From: Porphyridium purpureum
Taxonomy: Eukaryota
Assembly (NCBI GenBank): GCA_008690995.1
Contig: VRMN01000002.1
Coordinates: forward strand, 2,294,001-2,358,000
Length of the DNA stretch: 64,000 nt
Direction of reading: 5' to 3'
Positions 24,396-34,411 of the stretch are shown in pieces (positions within the stretch are counted from its first letter, which is position 1; every line of letters begins with the position of its first letter). Below the pieces are notes generated by a model that saw only the letters and a list, made by a program, of their open reading frames with translations, was not told the DNA's origin and made no database searches. A program made the translations under genes and the position numbers.

Positions 24396-25364
24396 ATGGA
24401 CGTTGTTTCGCTGCAAGATGAGGTCTGCTGCGCAATTTGTATTGACATGCTCCGTGACGCCCGCTTTTTGCCTTGCTTCCACTCGTTCTGCTGCGAATGC
24501 GTGGCTTCGCTCGCGCAACATGCCCAGCAAACAGAGAGCAATGCGATCACGTGCCCCGTGTGCCGTTCATCGTGCGTTTTAGCAAGCTCGGAGGTTTCGG
24601 CGCTCCCCGTTGATCGGCGCGCGATGCGGCTTGTTTCAGTCCTTCAGAGTAAGCCCATCGCGCCCGTCGTCGCTCCAGCGCGGACCGTGAGTGATACTGT
24701 GGTTGATCGGACGCATCAACGAGCTTCTCCCGCAGCCCCGTTCCGTGATCCACTCGAACTGTTCAGGAGAGCGGAAGGACAAGAAAGGAATGGATCTTTT
24801 GCTGACGCGTTTGAATTGTTCAAAGCAGCGGCTGAGCTTGGGAATTCACGTGCACAGTTCAAACTGGGCAAAATTTTACGCCACGGAACTCATGGACAGT
24901 GCGCAGATGAGGCGCTCGCAATCTTCTGGTTTCAATCTGCGGCGAATCAAGGGCACGTCCTCGCCATGCGCCACGCCGGTGAGTGCTTTCACAACGGACA
25001 CGGCGTTGACAGAGATCTAGAGCAGGCCGGGTATTGGTATAGTCGTGCCGCTCAAGCTGGAGATGCGTCTGGACGTGAGCTCATGCATGCGGTGGCATTG
25101 GAGCAATCCAGAAGCGCAGCTGCATCAGCAGTTCAGCAGTCCGCGGCAGCCGTGGATCTCCATCGAGATTCCAATACCGGAGAACCTGAAGATTGGTTTG
25201 CGAAAGGATGGGCAGCGGAGCAGCAAGGAAATTACGATGAGACGCTTCGCTGTTGGACCATAGCGTCCGAACTTGGTCACGCCCGGGCCACGAAGAACCT
25301 GGACTTGATGAGATCTTGGAACTGGAGCCATAGACCTCAGCGGAATGCAAGCTCTCAATCCTGA
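24396..25364 (+). CDS. RING-HC (TRIM-like) E3 ligase with Sel1-like repeats
   Basis: CAICIDML..LPCFHSFCCEC...CPVCR; Sel1 motifs AAELGNSRAQFKLG, AANQGH, GHGVDRDLEQAGYWY. Confidence 0.88.
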   Translation: MDVVSLQDEVCCAICIDMLRDARFLPCFHSFCCECVASLAQHAQQTESNAITCPVCRSSCVLASSEVSALPVDRRAMRLVSVLQSKPIAPVVAPARTVSDTVVDRTHQRASPAAPFRDPLELFRRAEGQERNGSFADAFELFKAAAELGNSRAQFKLGKILRHGTHGQCADEALAIFWFQSAANQGHVLAMRHAGECFHNGHGVDRDLEQAGYWYSRAAQAGDASGRELMHAVALEQSRSAAASAVQQSAAAVDLHRDSNTGEPEDWFAKGWAAEQQGNYDETLRCWTIASELGHARATKNLDLMRSWNWSHRPQRNASSQS

Positions 25365-28300
25365 AGACTGGAAACGAATGTGTGTTCAGATATTGTGCGT
25401 CCTCATGCAAACATCAATATTGTCGCCTTTTTAGGCATGAAAACTAGTGCTGTTCCTGCGTTTGAAGGCGCAGCAAAAGATGATTGCGCGTGCCACGAAG
25501 CACAAAGACTTCATCTTTCAGAGTTGCAATTTGCTCGTTCCGGCTGCCGGTCTGATTCATGCGAACATTGCACACAAAGGCGTCTCGCGCGGATATTGCG
25601 ACTAGCACAATTTGAGCAGCGCACCCAGTGACTGCGGTATGATGTCGCTGCTGTGCACAGTCTGTGCACTCTGGCAAGTGGTTATGGAAAGGCGCGTCTT
25701 GATGTGCGCTTGGTGTTTCGGTGCTAGTGGCTGCAGGCTCTAGTGGATTGGTACTTGCTGCGCTCAATCTAGCGTCCGCATTAAATAGACCCGCCTGTTT
25801 GACTCTCTTTCATTTCACGTTCGTCTTTCTCGTTCCGCCATTCGCGCCTAGTCTGTGCAGGACTGCTCTGACAAGCAAGCATAATTCGCTGCTCCTGTTG
25901 CAGCTGCTACATTTTGTACCGGCAGGAGCGCCGAGTCGACCTTTGCATTCATGCGCAAACCTTTTATCGGCCTGAATTTGGTCTCCAGTTAAGTCAGTCA
26001 GTGTCAGTGAGATCTTGTCCAGCGAATAAACATTGGTACCTTTCATTTCAGGTTGAAAAGCGAGTGGTGACGGCGGGCAGATCACGGAGCCATGACGTCT
26101 TCGCGGCTCCGCCCATAAAGCTATGTTCGATCCAGCGTCCTTCGCATGATCATCGTCAGCTGCATCTGTGAGCGAAGGAGGTATGGACTTGACGTCCCTC
26201 GCTTCCTTTTAAGCCGATCCCGTAGGCGCAGTAGACGGTTCGCGCGGTACCTACGACTGCTTCATTTGTAGATCGTCTAACGGCTCTCTGCTGCTTTGCC
26301 AAGAAAAGCCATGCGGCACAGTCCCGTGCTCGACTACGCTTCTGACGCTGGTCCAACCGGTGATCCACCATGCCCAACTCGTCCTCAAGCTTGTAGTTGT
26401 CTTCGGTTGACCGATCTTGGTCAAGGTTGATTGGAGCGAAAATGAACGAGCACTTTAGTGTGCACACCGCCAACACATTCTAGCGGTGTCCCTTCAGCGA
26501 CCGGACGCTACATTCCGCTGCTACTGGTCGTTTCCGCCGAGGCAGCCAAACCCGAGTCGCGAGTAAATGACAAATTTTCTGTCCACTGGAGTCGTGCCTA
26601 AGTTCCGCCTGTGCTCACCCATGTCAAGATTAAATGGTTAACGACTCTTCACAATTCTCATCGTCGCTGTCGTTCGCAGCGAAAGACGCACTGCTGCTGA
26701 CCACGACAGATCCTTGATCCTCCAACACATCAACCTCCAAAGAGGGCTGTGCAAGGTTGCATCGGCGCGGTCTGGTGGTTCCTGTACCTCAACCACGCCC
26801 GCAGCGCCCCGATGGTCTTGGAAATTCAAATTTCCGGGGTCGTTGTCGTCCTGCTCTTCACCTGTTCTAATTGTCGCACCATCTAGCTTGCTGACGAAGG
26901 ATGAAATGCAGCACCCGCAGCGTCGTACTGGTCTACGATGTCAAAAGAACTCGGATTCATCATCAGCCCTGGCATCCCGGGTTTACGAATGCTGCGGGAC
27001 GACTGCCATGGATAGGGCGCCGGGAAAGCCGCCTCCTGCATTGTCTGTAGAGTTCCCCATTTCGCCATTGCCTATCCCAGCTCTTCTGATGGTGGCATTG
27101 CCACAGAGCCGCGTGTCTAATATGTATGTTGCAGAAGATACTGAGGGCGGCTTTGCGTCCATCGTGGTCAAATCACTCACAGGTTTCATACCATCACCAA
27201 AGTCGAGCGAGGAAATCGACGCAGAATTGCTCCCATGAGGTCCTGTCGCTTGCAGCGCAAAGTCATCTGCCGTGCCTAGCATGATCATGCCAATCGTAGA
27301 CTTCGTCTGATGATGCTAAGTCGAGCTAAGACGCCGACGCAGAGGTGGGCTCCGTGGGTGCAGGCGCACGGAGCTCGGTCCGATGCGCAGCGTCAAAACC
27401 CAGTGGCAGCGTTGGCGGGAAGTCCGATTCGCGTGCAGATCCTGATTGTATATCAAGGAGCACAACAGCATACGCATTGGTCTGCAACATACTCAACTGG
27501 GATTGAAAAGATGCGTGTATCATCAACGGATCCCAACTTCCCGCGCCGGCCATTGCCTCTCCTGAGGCGGGCGTACCTGTTTCTGAGACCACGCTCACGT
27601 GCTTACGACGCGCACCGGCACTCTCCACACCACCAGGTGCGTCCATAACCACGCCCTTCGTCTCCCGAATCTACTGCTGCATTCGCGCGCGTCATGTCGT
27701 CACGCGTCGGGCTGGATCTGGACTTCCATCGCACGCACGCGCTAGCGCGCCGTCCGCTGCTCTGCCGACAGCAGCGCGGACATGTCCTCCGTCACCCACC
27801 ATGGCAACGACCCCATGCACGCACAGCTCGCGCCACTACTCGTCCCCGATGCCCGCAGCGCCCCGCTCCATCCCCCCCACGGCTTCCTCTGAAGCGATGT
27901 GTCTCGTAAACCCAATGAAGGCGACGGACGGTTTAGTGCTGATGAGGAATCGGGTTGCGGAAAGCCAGCGCGCAGATTCGCTGAGAGGAACAGAGATCGA
28001 CGGACGTGTGCGCCTGATCATGAGCGCGTTCGAAAACCTGCCGTGCGTCGTGTCTGGGAGCAAAGGTAGCCGACTGTTTTGTGGTTGAACCGTTACTTCA
28101 CGGGCTCAGGATTCTTTCAATGTTGAAGTCGTACAGTGAGTGAACCGGTGTTTGGTTGGGAGGTCTTCCGCTGCCTGGAGGAGCAAGAGCGGCGATACCG
28201 GTAGTTCGTTTGACAGCGACCGCTCCCGTCAGCGCGCACTGCGTTCTCCTTCTATTCAGCAGGAAATGCTTCTGGGTTTTAAGCTGTCATGCTGGGTGAA

Positions 28301-29670
28301 AATGAATTTGCTGCGCCAAGAACTCTTTCGGTAAGGGATTAGACAGAGCCTGAGCGGCCGCGGAATGCCAGACGCTCGGTATTTAAATATCTTGTGCAGT
28401 GCGTATTGTGGAAATGACAGCCCTGCTAAGGCGTAGCAAAAGTTACCGTCGTACAGAAACTGCCCGATAACAGCCGGACCCTTATAGTAACTGGTCATCG
28501 CAGTTACTCAAAGGGTGCGTTGCTATAAAGTATAAAAGCTCGGCCGCCTTGCAGCGGGCAAGCTGTTCAGATAAATGAAAGGTTCAGGGCTTTCGAGACA
28601 ATTAATTATTTGTGTTTTGGTCGGCAGCTCAAAGCCAAATTCGCTGTCGCCTCCCCATACACGACAGTTGTGGGGAGCAGAAGAACAAGGGAACTTCTTC
28701 GTCAAAAATGAGTCGGTGGCATAGAATAAGAGTGTTTGCACACGCGCGAGAGTCCAGTACCACGACGATTCGGTGCATTGTTGGGGACCCGTAAGTGGGC
28801 AGAAGAAACAAAAGAAAACATTGCCTCTCCAAGCCGGTTAGAAATTTGCGAATCGCTGTCCAAGTCGGACACACTTCCGTGCGCGGACTCTTGAGCTTTT
28901 CTCGCCAAAAAACTTTCTCTGTACTCATCAACTAAACCCTGACTGTCTACATATTTCAATCTGATCGCGTGAAGCGCGTGCGCCTTTGAATACCCGAAGA
29001 TCTGCGTCAAACTCACGCGAAGATTTCCTCCCGGTCGCGGCCGCTGCGAATTCGTCGCAATTGCGCAGCCTATTATTCGCAGCCTCCTATTACGCAATAT
29101 TCATCAATTTCCAGGTTTCTGCGATTCTCGCTTCCTTCACGGCATACGCTGAGATTCTTCGTCATTCCTGCGACTTCATCTGCGTCACTCTGCCACTTTT
29201 TTTGGGTGCGATGACTCATCCGTGGGACTCACCTCATATCCAAAGCTTTCTGACATGTTTTTACGCCAGCGCAGCATGCTGACTTGCTCCTGCTCCGCCG
29301 AGGCGACGGCCGCATCGTGTCCACGTACGCCTCATCTCTGAAGGCCTCGTGTACACGACTTGACAGCGATTCCACGCCACAGCGTCTGCTCCTCCGCATC
29401 GTTCCCTTCTTGCCTCAGGGAGGCCTTCAGCGTTTCTCCTCTGCAGCACAGACGTCCGCTGTCTTTCCTCCGCTTCAGTCCCGCTCTCTCCCCAGCGCCG
29501 CCATCCAATTCTTACCCGCCAACCAGTCGCTCAGCCTTTCCACAGGCTGTACTCACGCGGTGTCCCCGCGCGCTCAGAAAGGTGAACGATATCTCCGGAG
29601 CGGCGTCGGTTGCGTTCCACAAGGTGGGTGTGCTGCCGGTGGACGCGTCGCGTGGATCAGAGCGGGCGCC

Positions 29671-32600
29671 ATGGCATTGTTCTTTGCACCAGCGCCAACG
29701 CTCGGTGGGCTTGGTCGTTCGGGATGGCGTGACGCAGCTGCGCCGGCGGCGCCTTTGTGCGGAAGCAGCCAATGGGTCCAGCGTGCGTGTCCCTGGGCGC
29801 GATCGCCAGTAGCCTCCACGCTTGCGCGCCAATGCGGCGGCGCGCGCTCCATTGTGCTCGCCTCGGCTGCTGCGGATGCGGCGGCGGCAGCGGCGGTTTC
29901 GTCTGCGGACGCGTCGGGCTCAACTGTGCCCCGCGCGTTTACCGATGAGCACGCGTGGCGCGAACTGCGCGCGCTGCTCACGCCCGGTGTGCTAGCGCGT
30001 ATTAACAAGCCCGCACGATATCTTGGGAATGAGTTTGGCGCTGTGCACAAGCCATGGGATGGCTCAGACGTGCGCTTTTGTCTGGCTTATCCAGAGTTGT
30101 ACGAGGTGGGCATGTCAAACACCGGTCACGTGATTCTGTACAGTTGCGTGAATGATGTACCTGGCCTGCTGTGTGACCGTTCATACCTGCCGGGTGCAGA
30201 CATGGCCGCTGCTCTCAAGGAACAGGGTAAAGAGCTTTTCGCAGTGGAGTCCAAACGACCATTGCGGGATTTCGATCTCCTGGCTATCCCTGTGCACTAC
30301 GAAATGGGCGCGACAAACTGTCTGGAATTGCTGCACCTGGCTGGCATTCCATTTGGCTGGCGCGAGCGTGACGCGGCGGAAAGCAATGGCGTGGAAGGGC
30401 TACTTTACCCTCTGGTCTTTGCCGGCGGCCAGACGATCACGGGCAACCCGGAACCCTTTGCGGACTTTTTCGACTTTTTTTCGCTCGGTGATGGCGAGGA
30501 GACGCTCCCTGAAGTGGGCCGCGTGGTGCAAGCCGAGCTCAAGCGCGATCCTACAGCGTCGCGAGAGACGCTGCTGCTGGCTTTGGCGCAGCGAGTACCA
30601 GGAGTGTACGTGCCGCGATTCTATGCGCCGGCGCCAGACGGCTCTGGTGCTGTGCGTCCGTTGCGTGACGATGTGCCCGCACGCCCGCAACGCCAAACCT
30701 GTGCTCCACAACCAGAGCGCGCCCTCGCCCTTGTGCCGTACATTGAAACCGTGCATGACCGTCACACGGTCGAGATTCGGCGCGGCTGCACGCGCGGCTG
30801 CCGCTTCTGCGCACCGGGTATGATCAATCGCCCGGCGCGCGACGTGGAACCGGAGGCTGTTCGCAACGCCGTGGTTGCTGGCGTGACGCAAGCTGGATAT
30901 CGCGAATTCTCCTTGCTTTCGCTGTCATGCTCCGATTGGCTGTCACTGCCGAGCGTCGGCGTGAGTCTAAAGAATGAGCTGGCGCAGCACCACGTTACGC
31001 TGTCGCTGCCTTCGCAGCGCGTGGACCGCTTCGACGAAAACATTGCCCTCATCATGTCGAATGGACAACGCAAGTCGGGCATGACGTTTGCACCGGAGGC
31101 CGGCACGCAGCGCATGCGCGACGTGATAAATAAGGGACTCACGAATGAGGACTTGCTGCGCGGCGTGCGGACGGCGTATGCCCAGGGGTGGAGTCAGGTG
31201 AAGCTGTATTTCATGGTCGGGTTGCCTGGCGAGACCGACGAGGACGTCATTGGGATCGCAGACACCATCAAGTGGCTGCAGCGCGAGTGCAAAGAAAAGG
31301 GCCGCCCGCGGCTTGCGCTCAACGTAACTATTTCCAACTTTACGCCCAAAGCGCAAACTCCGTTCCAGTGGCATAGCGTGTCGACACGCGAATTTCAGCG
31401 CAAGCATGCCATGATCAAGTCAGCCATTCGTGGCTCTGCGCGAGACGTCAAGCTCAATTTCACGGACGTGCGAATCTCGTGCATGGAAGACTTTGTCGGG
31501 CGTGGCGACAGACGCTTGGGTGCTGTGATTCGCGCGGCATGGGAGCAAGGTGCGAGCATGGATGACTGGTGGATGAATGTGGGCAACGCATTCGAGAGCT
31601 GGAAGCGCGCCATTGAAGCGGCTGGTCTGAGCTGGAACTTCCGCAAGGCCGAGGCCGGTGAGTGGAATGTGATGGACACGCAACGGGAGGCCGTGCGTGG
31701 CGCGCGTGGATGGTTTGATGAGGCACGCAACAAGCAGCTCGACCGCAGCACGCTGCTGCCCAAGAATACGCACGTGGACCAGAATGACGTGTCTTCCATG
31801 TCTCCGCTGGACAGGCCTTTGCCGTGGGACCACATTGACTGCGGATTGGATAAGGGATGGCTACGGGACGAACTGATGCATGCACTTGACGCAGCTTTGA
31901 CACCCGATTGCTCATTTGATGTTTGCTCGCAGTGCGGCGTATGCGGTGACGAACTTGGTAACAATGTTGTCATTGAACCACCGAATGAAATTCCGCCACT
32001 GCGCACAAAGGCAACCGTGGACGGTATTGTGGAAGAATTTGTGCCAGCCCAAAAGGTTCGCATCCTGTACGCGAAGACGGGGCCCATGACCATGATTTCA
32101 AACTTGGACCTGTGGCGGCTGATGGATCGGGCTACGCTACGAGCGCAAATTCCTCTGGGATACAGCAACCAGATTCACCCGCACCCGAAGATCGCCAATG
32201 CGTATGCTCTTCCACTTGGCATGAGCAGTGAGGCAGAACTCATGGACTTTGAGCTCAGCGAGCGTATGGACGTCTCACAGTTTCGAACTGCACTCGCTGC
32301 GCAGCTTCCGGAAGGTCTCGATATTCTCGACTGTCGTGAGGTCGAGGCACGCGGTAAGAAAGTGACGCTTGCGTCACTCTTGCAGCACGCCGAGTACGTG
32401 GTGTGCTTGGAGGCGACTTCTGACCCTCTGGACTGGGCCGCTGCAGTTGTGCAGGTGGAGGCTCTCGAAGAGTGCTTTGTGAAGCGCAAGACCAAGCGTG
32501 GAAAGATCGAGGACGTGAATGTTCGCCCGCGGCTGGTTGAGTTGGCACTTGCCACTCCGCAACAGGCACTCCCCGTGCGGCTCCATGTCGAAGAAGAGTA

Positions 32601-32790
32601 CGAGGATGCAATGGACGGAACAACAGCGCGGTTGGCATACGTGCGTTATGTAGGGCTCAGCAATAATGATGGGCAGCTGTCAGCCGAGCAACTTGCGATG
32701 TTGTTCCGAGTTGCCACTGGCCGCGAGGATATCGAATTACGGCATGCTCATCGTACGCGGCTTCTCCGACAGGGCGGTGACTGGGCATGA
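29671..32790 (+). CDS. Plastid-targeted radical SAM protein, TIGR03960-like, fused to TIGR03936/DUF2344-like domain
   Basis: Presequence MALFFAP...; KPARYLGNE; YPELYEVGMSN; CxxxCxxC = RGCTRGCRFC; TFAPEAGTQRMR; LPWDHID; CSFDVCSQCGVC; C-terminal RILYAKTG..ISNLDL..HPHPKI..ALPLG..S.AE. Confidence 0.93.
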   Translation: MALFFAPAPTLGGLGRSGWRDAAAPAAPLCGSSQWVQRACPWARSPVASTLARQCGGARSIVLASAAADAAAAAAVSSADASGSTVPRAFTDEHAWRELRALLTPGVLARINKPARYLGNEFGAVHKPWDGSDVRFCLAYPELYEVGMSNTGHVILYSCVNDVPGLLCDRSYLPGADMAAALKEQGKELFAVESKRPLRDFDLLAIPVHYEMGATNCLELLHLAGIPFGWRERDAAESNGVEGLLYPLVFAGGQTITGNPEPFADFFDFFSLGDGEETLPEVGRVVQAELKRDPTASRETLLLALAQRVPGVYVPRFYAPAPDGSGAVRPLRDDVPARPQRQTCAPQPERALALVPYIETVHDRHTVEIRRGCTRGCRFCAPGMINRPARDVEPEAVRNAVVAGVTQAGYREFSLLSLSCSDWLSLPSVGVSLKNELAQHHVTLSLPSQRVDRFDENIALIMSNGQRKSGMTFAPEAGTQRMRDVINKGLTNEDLLRGVRTAYAQGWSQVKLYFMVGLPGETDEDVIGIADTIKWLQRECKEKGRPRLALNVTISNFTPKAQTPFQWHSVSTREFQRKHAMIKSAIRGSARDVKLNFTDVRISCMEDFVGRGDRRLGAVIRAAWEQGASMDDWWMNVGNAFESWKRAIEAAGLSWNFRKAEAGEWNVMDTQREAVRGARGWFDEARNKQLDRSTLLPKNTHVDQNDVSSMSPLDRPLPWDHIDCGLDKGWLRDELMHALDAALTPDCSFDVCSQCGVCGDELGNNVVIEPPNEIPPLRTKATVDGIVEEFVPAQKVRILYAKTGPMTMISNLDLWRLMDRATLRAQIPLGYSNQIHPHPKIANAYALPLGMSSEAELMDFELSERMDVSQFRTALAAQLPEGLDILDCREVEARGKKVTLASLLQHAEYVVCLEATSDPLDWAAAVVQVEALEECFVKRKTKRGKIEDVNVRPRLVELALATPQQALPVRLHVEEEYEDAMDGTTARLAYVRYVGLSNNDGQLSAEQLAMLFRVATGREDIELRHAHRTRLLRQGGDWA

Positions 32791-32860
32791 GTTGCCTATT
32801 CTATGGTCTCCTCTTTCGTTTGGCTTTCTTTTTTTTTCCGTCTTGGTTCATTATCGCTTT

Positions 32861-33838
32861 CTAAAAGATAAGCTGCAACTGCTTTGCGAGCACAAGCGGT
32901 GCAGCGCTGCGGTAGCGCATGCAGATAATTTCGTTCGTGCTCATTCGCAGCTCTTGTATTTCTTCTCTTCCACCGGCATCATTATTCAGGCGCAGCACGC
33001 CCCCCGGCGGCGGCTCCAGCACGCGGCAAAAGACATACGCGTCAATGTGTGGCGGCGCAATCATGGCCACCGTGTCGTCCTTGTCATCGAGTGCTCGGAG
33101 TCGTTCAGGCAAAAGCTGCAGAAATGAAGACGTCAGATGCTGCTCGAGAAGCGTAAGATAGCTCGTGGCAAAGTCGCGTTCCGGCTCTGATAGTCGTGTC
33201 GCAAGCGTGTGAGCGCCCGCCGAGCTTAGCAGAAACGGTGCGGTGCGCTCAATCTTGCGAAGCCGCACTCGGTGGTACGCGCGCAACACATAGCGCAGCC
33301 GCTCCAGTTCAGTGCGCCGCAGTAATCGTGACAATTGCGCAAAGGACACGGCCTCGGCGTCACGCTGACCGGCACCATCTGTTTCGTGTAGCTCGTCATC
33401 CAGCAACTGTTCCTGGTACTCGAGAAGCTCGTGCATATCGTGCGTCACGTCCGTGGCAAAGGGTAGCAGCTCGGGCGCGTACTGTTCGTTCCACAGCGCT
33501 CGGTAAAGAGACGCAATGTCTTCGCATGCTTCGTCAGGCTGGAAGACCGCGTCTTGTGTCAGAAGTGAATAGTTCGACGAATATGGCGCGTCCTTCTCGT
33601 CAGCACCAGCTCGTACGCCGTGACCATTGTCGTTTGTATACGGATACGTCCCAGAGTTCGGCCTAGTTGCGTCCAAAAAATCACCCGGGCGGCCGTGGAA
33701 CTGGGGCACATCAATTTCATTCTGGCCCTGGCGACGGCGGTTCCGCTGCTCAGCCTGGCGCACTCGCGCGAAGTCCTGGTCGCCGCTGAGCAAGTCGTCT
33801 AGCACTGAGCGCCGTGGCGCCCCGCTTCCTTCGTCCAT
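32861..33838 (-). CDS. SLD5: DNA replication GINS complex subunit Sld5
   Basis: WNEQYAPELLPF, ELERLRYVLRAYHRVRLRKIE, LSEPERDFA, P..DAYVFCRV. Confidence 0.92.
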   Translation of the reverse strand: MDEGSGAPRRSVLDDLLSGDQDFARVRQAEQRNRRRQGQNEIDVPQFHGRPGDFLDATRPNSGTYPYTNDNGHGVRAGADEKDAPYSSNYSLLTQDAVFQPDEACEDIASLYRALWNEQYAPELLPFATDVTHDMHELLEYQEQLLDDELHETDGAGQRDAEAVSFAQLSRLLRRTELERLRYVLRAYHRVRLRKIERTAPFLLSSAGAHTLATRLSEPERDFATSYLTLLEQHLTSSFLQLLPERLRALDDKDDTVAMIAPPHIDAYVFCRVLEPPPGGVLRLNNDAGGREEIQELRMSTNEIICMRYRSAAPLVLAKQLQLIF

Positions 33839-34411
33839 GTTGCACCACTCACACCTTCTCTGAGTTTTCGAAACCGTTGCTTGAACAATGCACTGGCACC
33901 TTATCGATCACGCTGGTTTCTTTTGGCAAGCCGACAGGCAGAACTTGGCAAAGGTTAAAAAAAAAGCCCGCGTCTGCATGCATTGACGTCGCACGCGCCA
34001 CCGGTGCCCCTTCGCGACGCTAGGAGTGCGGGCCAGCCAGCGCACGAGCGAAGCAGAGCAAATGAGAAGCAACGTTGCTGCGCCTGCCGCAACCGAGGCC
34101 GACCGAGCTCAACCCACTAGACGCGGCTGGTGCGTGTGTTTTTGGCGCGAAGGCGCACGCGCTCTGGGATCGATCGCACAAGGCCGTGAGGCACAACAAA
34201 GTACAGTGTGTACAGTGTGTACAGTGCGAGCACAGGGCAAAGTACAGCCGTGGCATGATTCAGGGGTTTGGAAGTTTATTGCAGTGCCGGCTGTGAAGAA
34301 GGCGCGGTTGGTTGCCCACGGAGCGCGCACGCGGGGCAATGACAACGAGCCTGGTCCGCTGGTGTCATGTTGCTAGTGATACAGCCGCCAGACAGCCAAG
34401 TGGCGTTGCAG

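Noticed and set aside
26156..27650. bZIP transcription factor pseudogene
   Set aside because: A basic stretch (QRQKRSRARDCAA) is suggestive, but there is no clear zipper and the frames are broken.
28250..28950. Additional transposase remnant
   Set aside because: Only a weak FTQHD motif; no TIRs or other catalytic motifs found.
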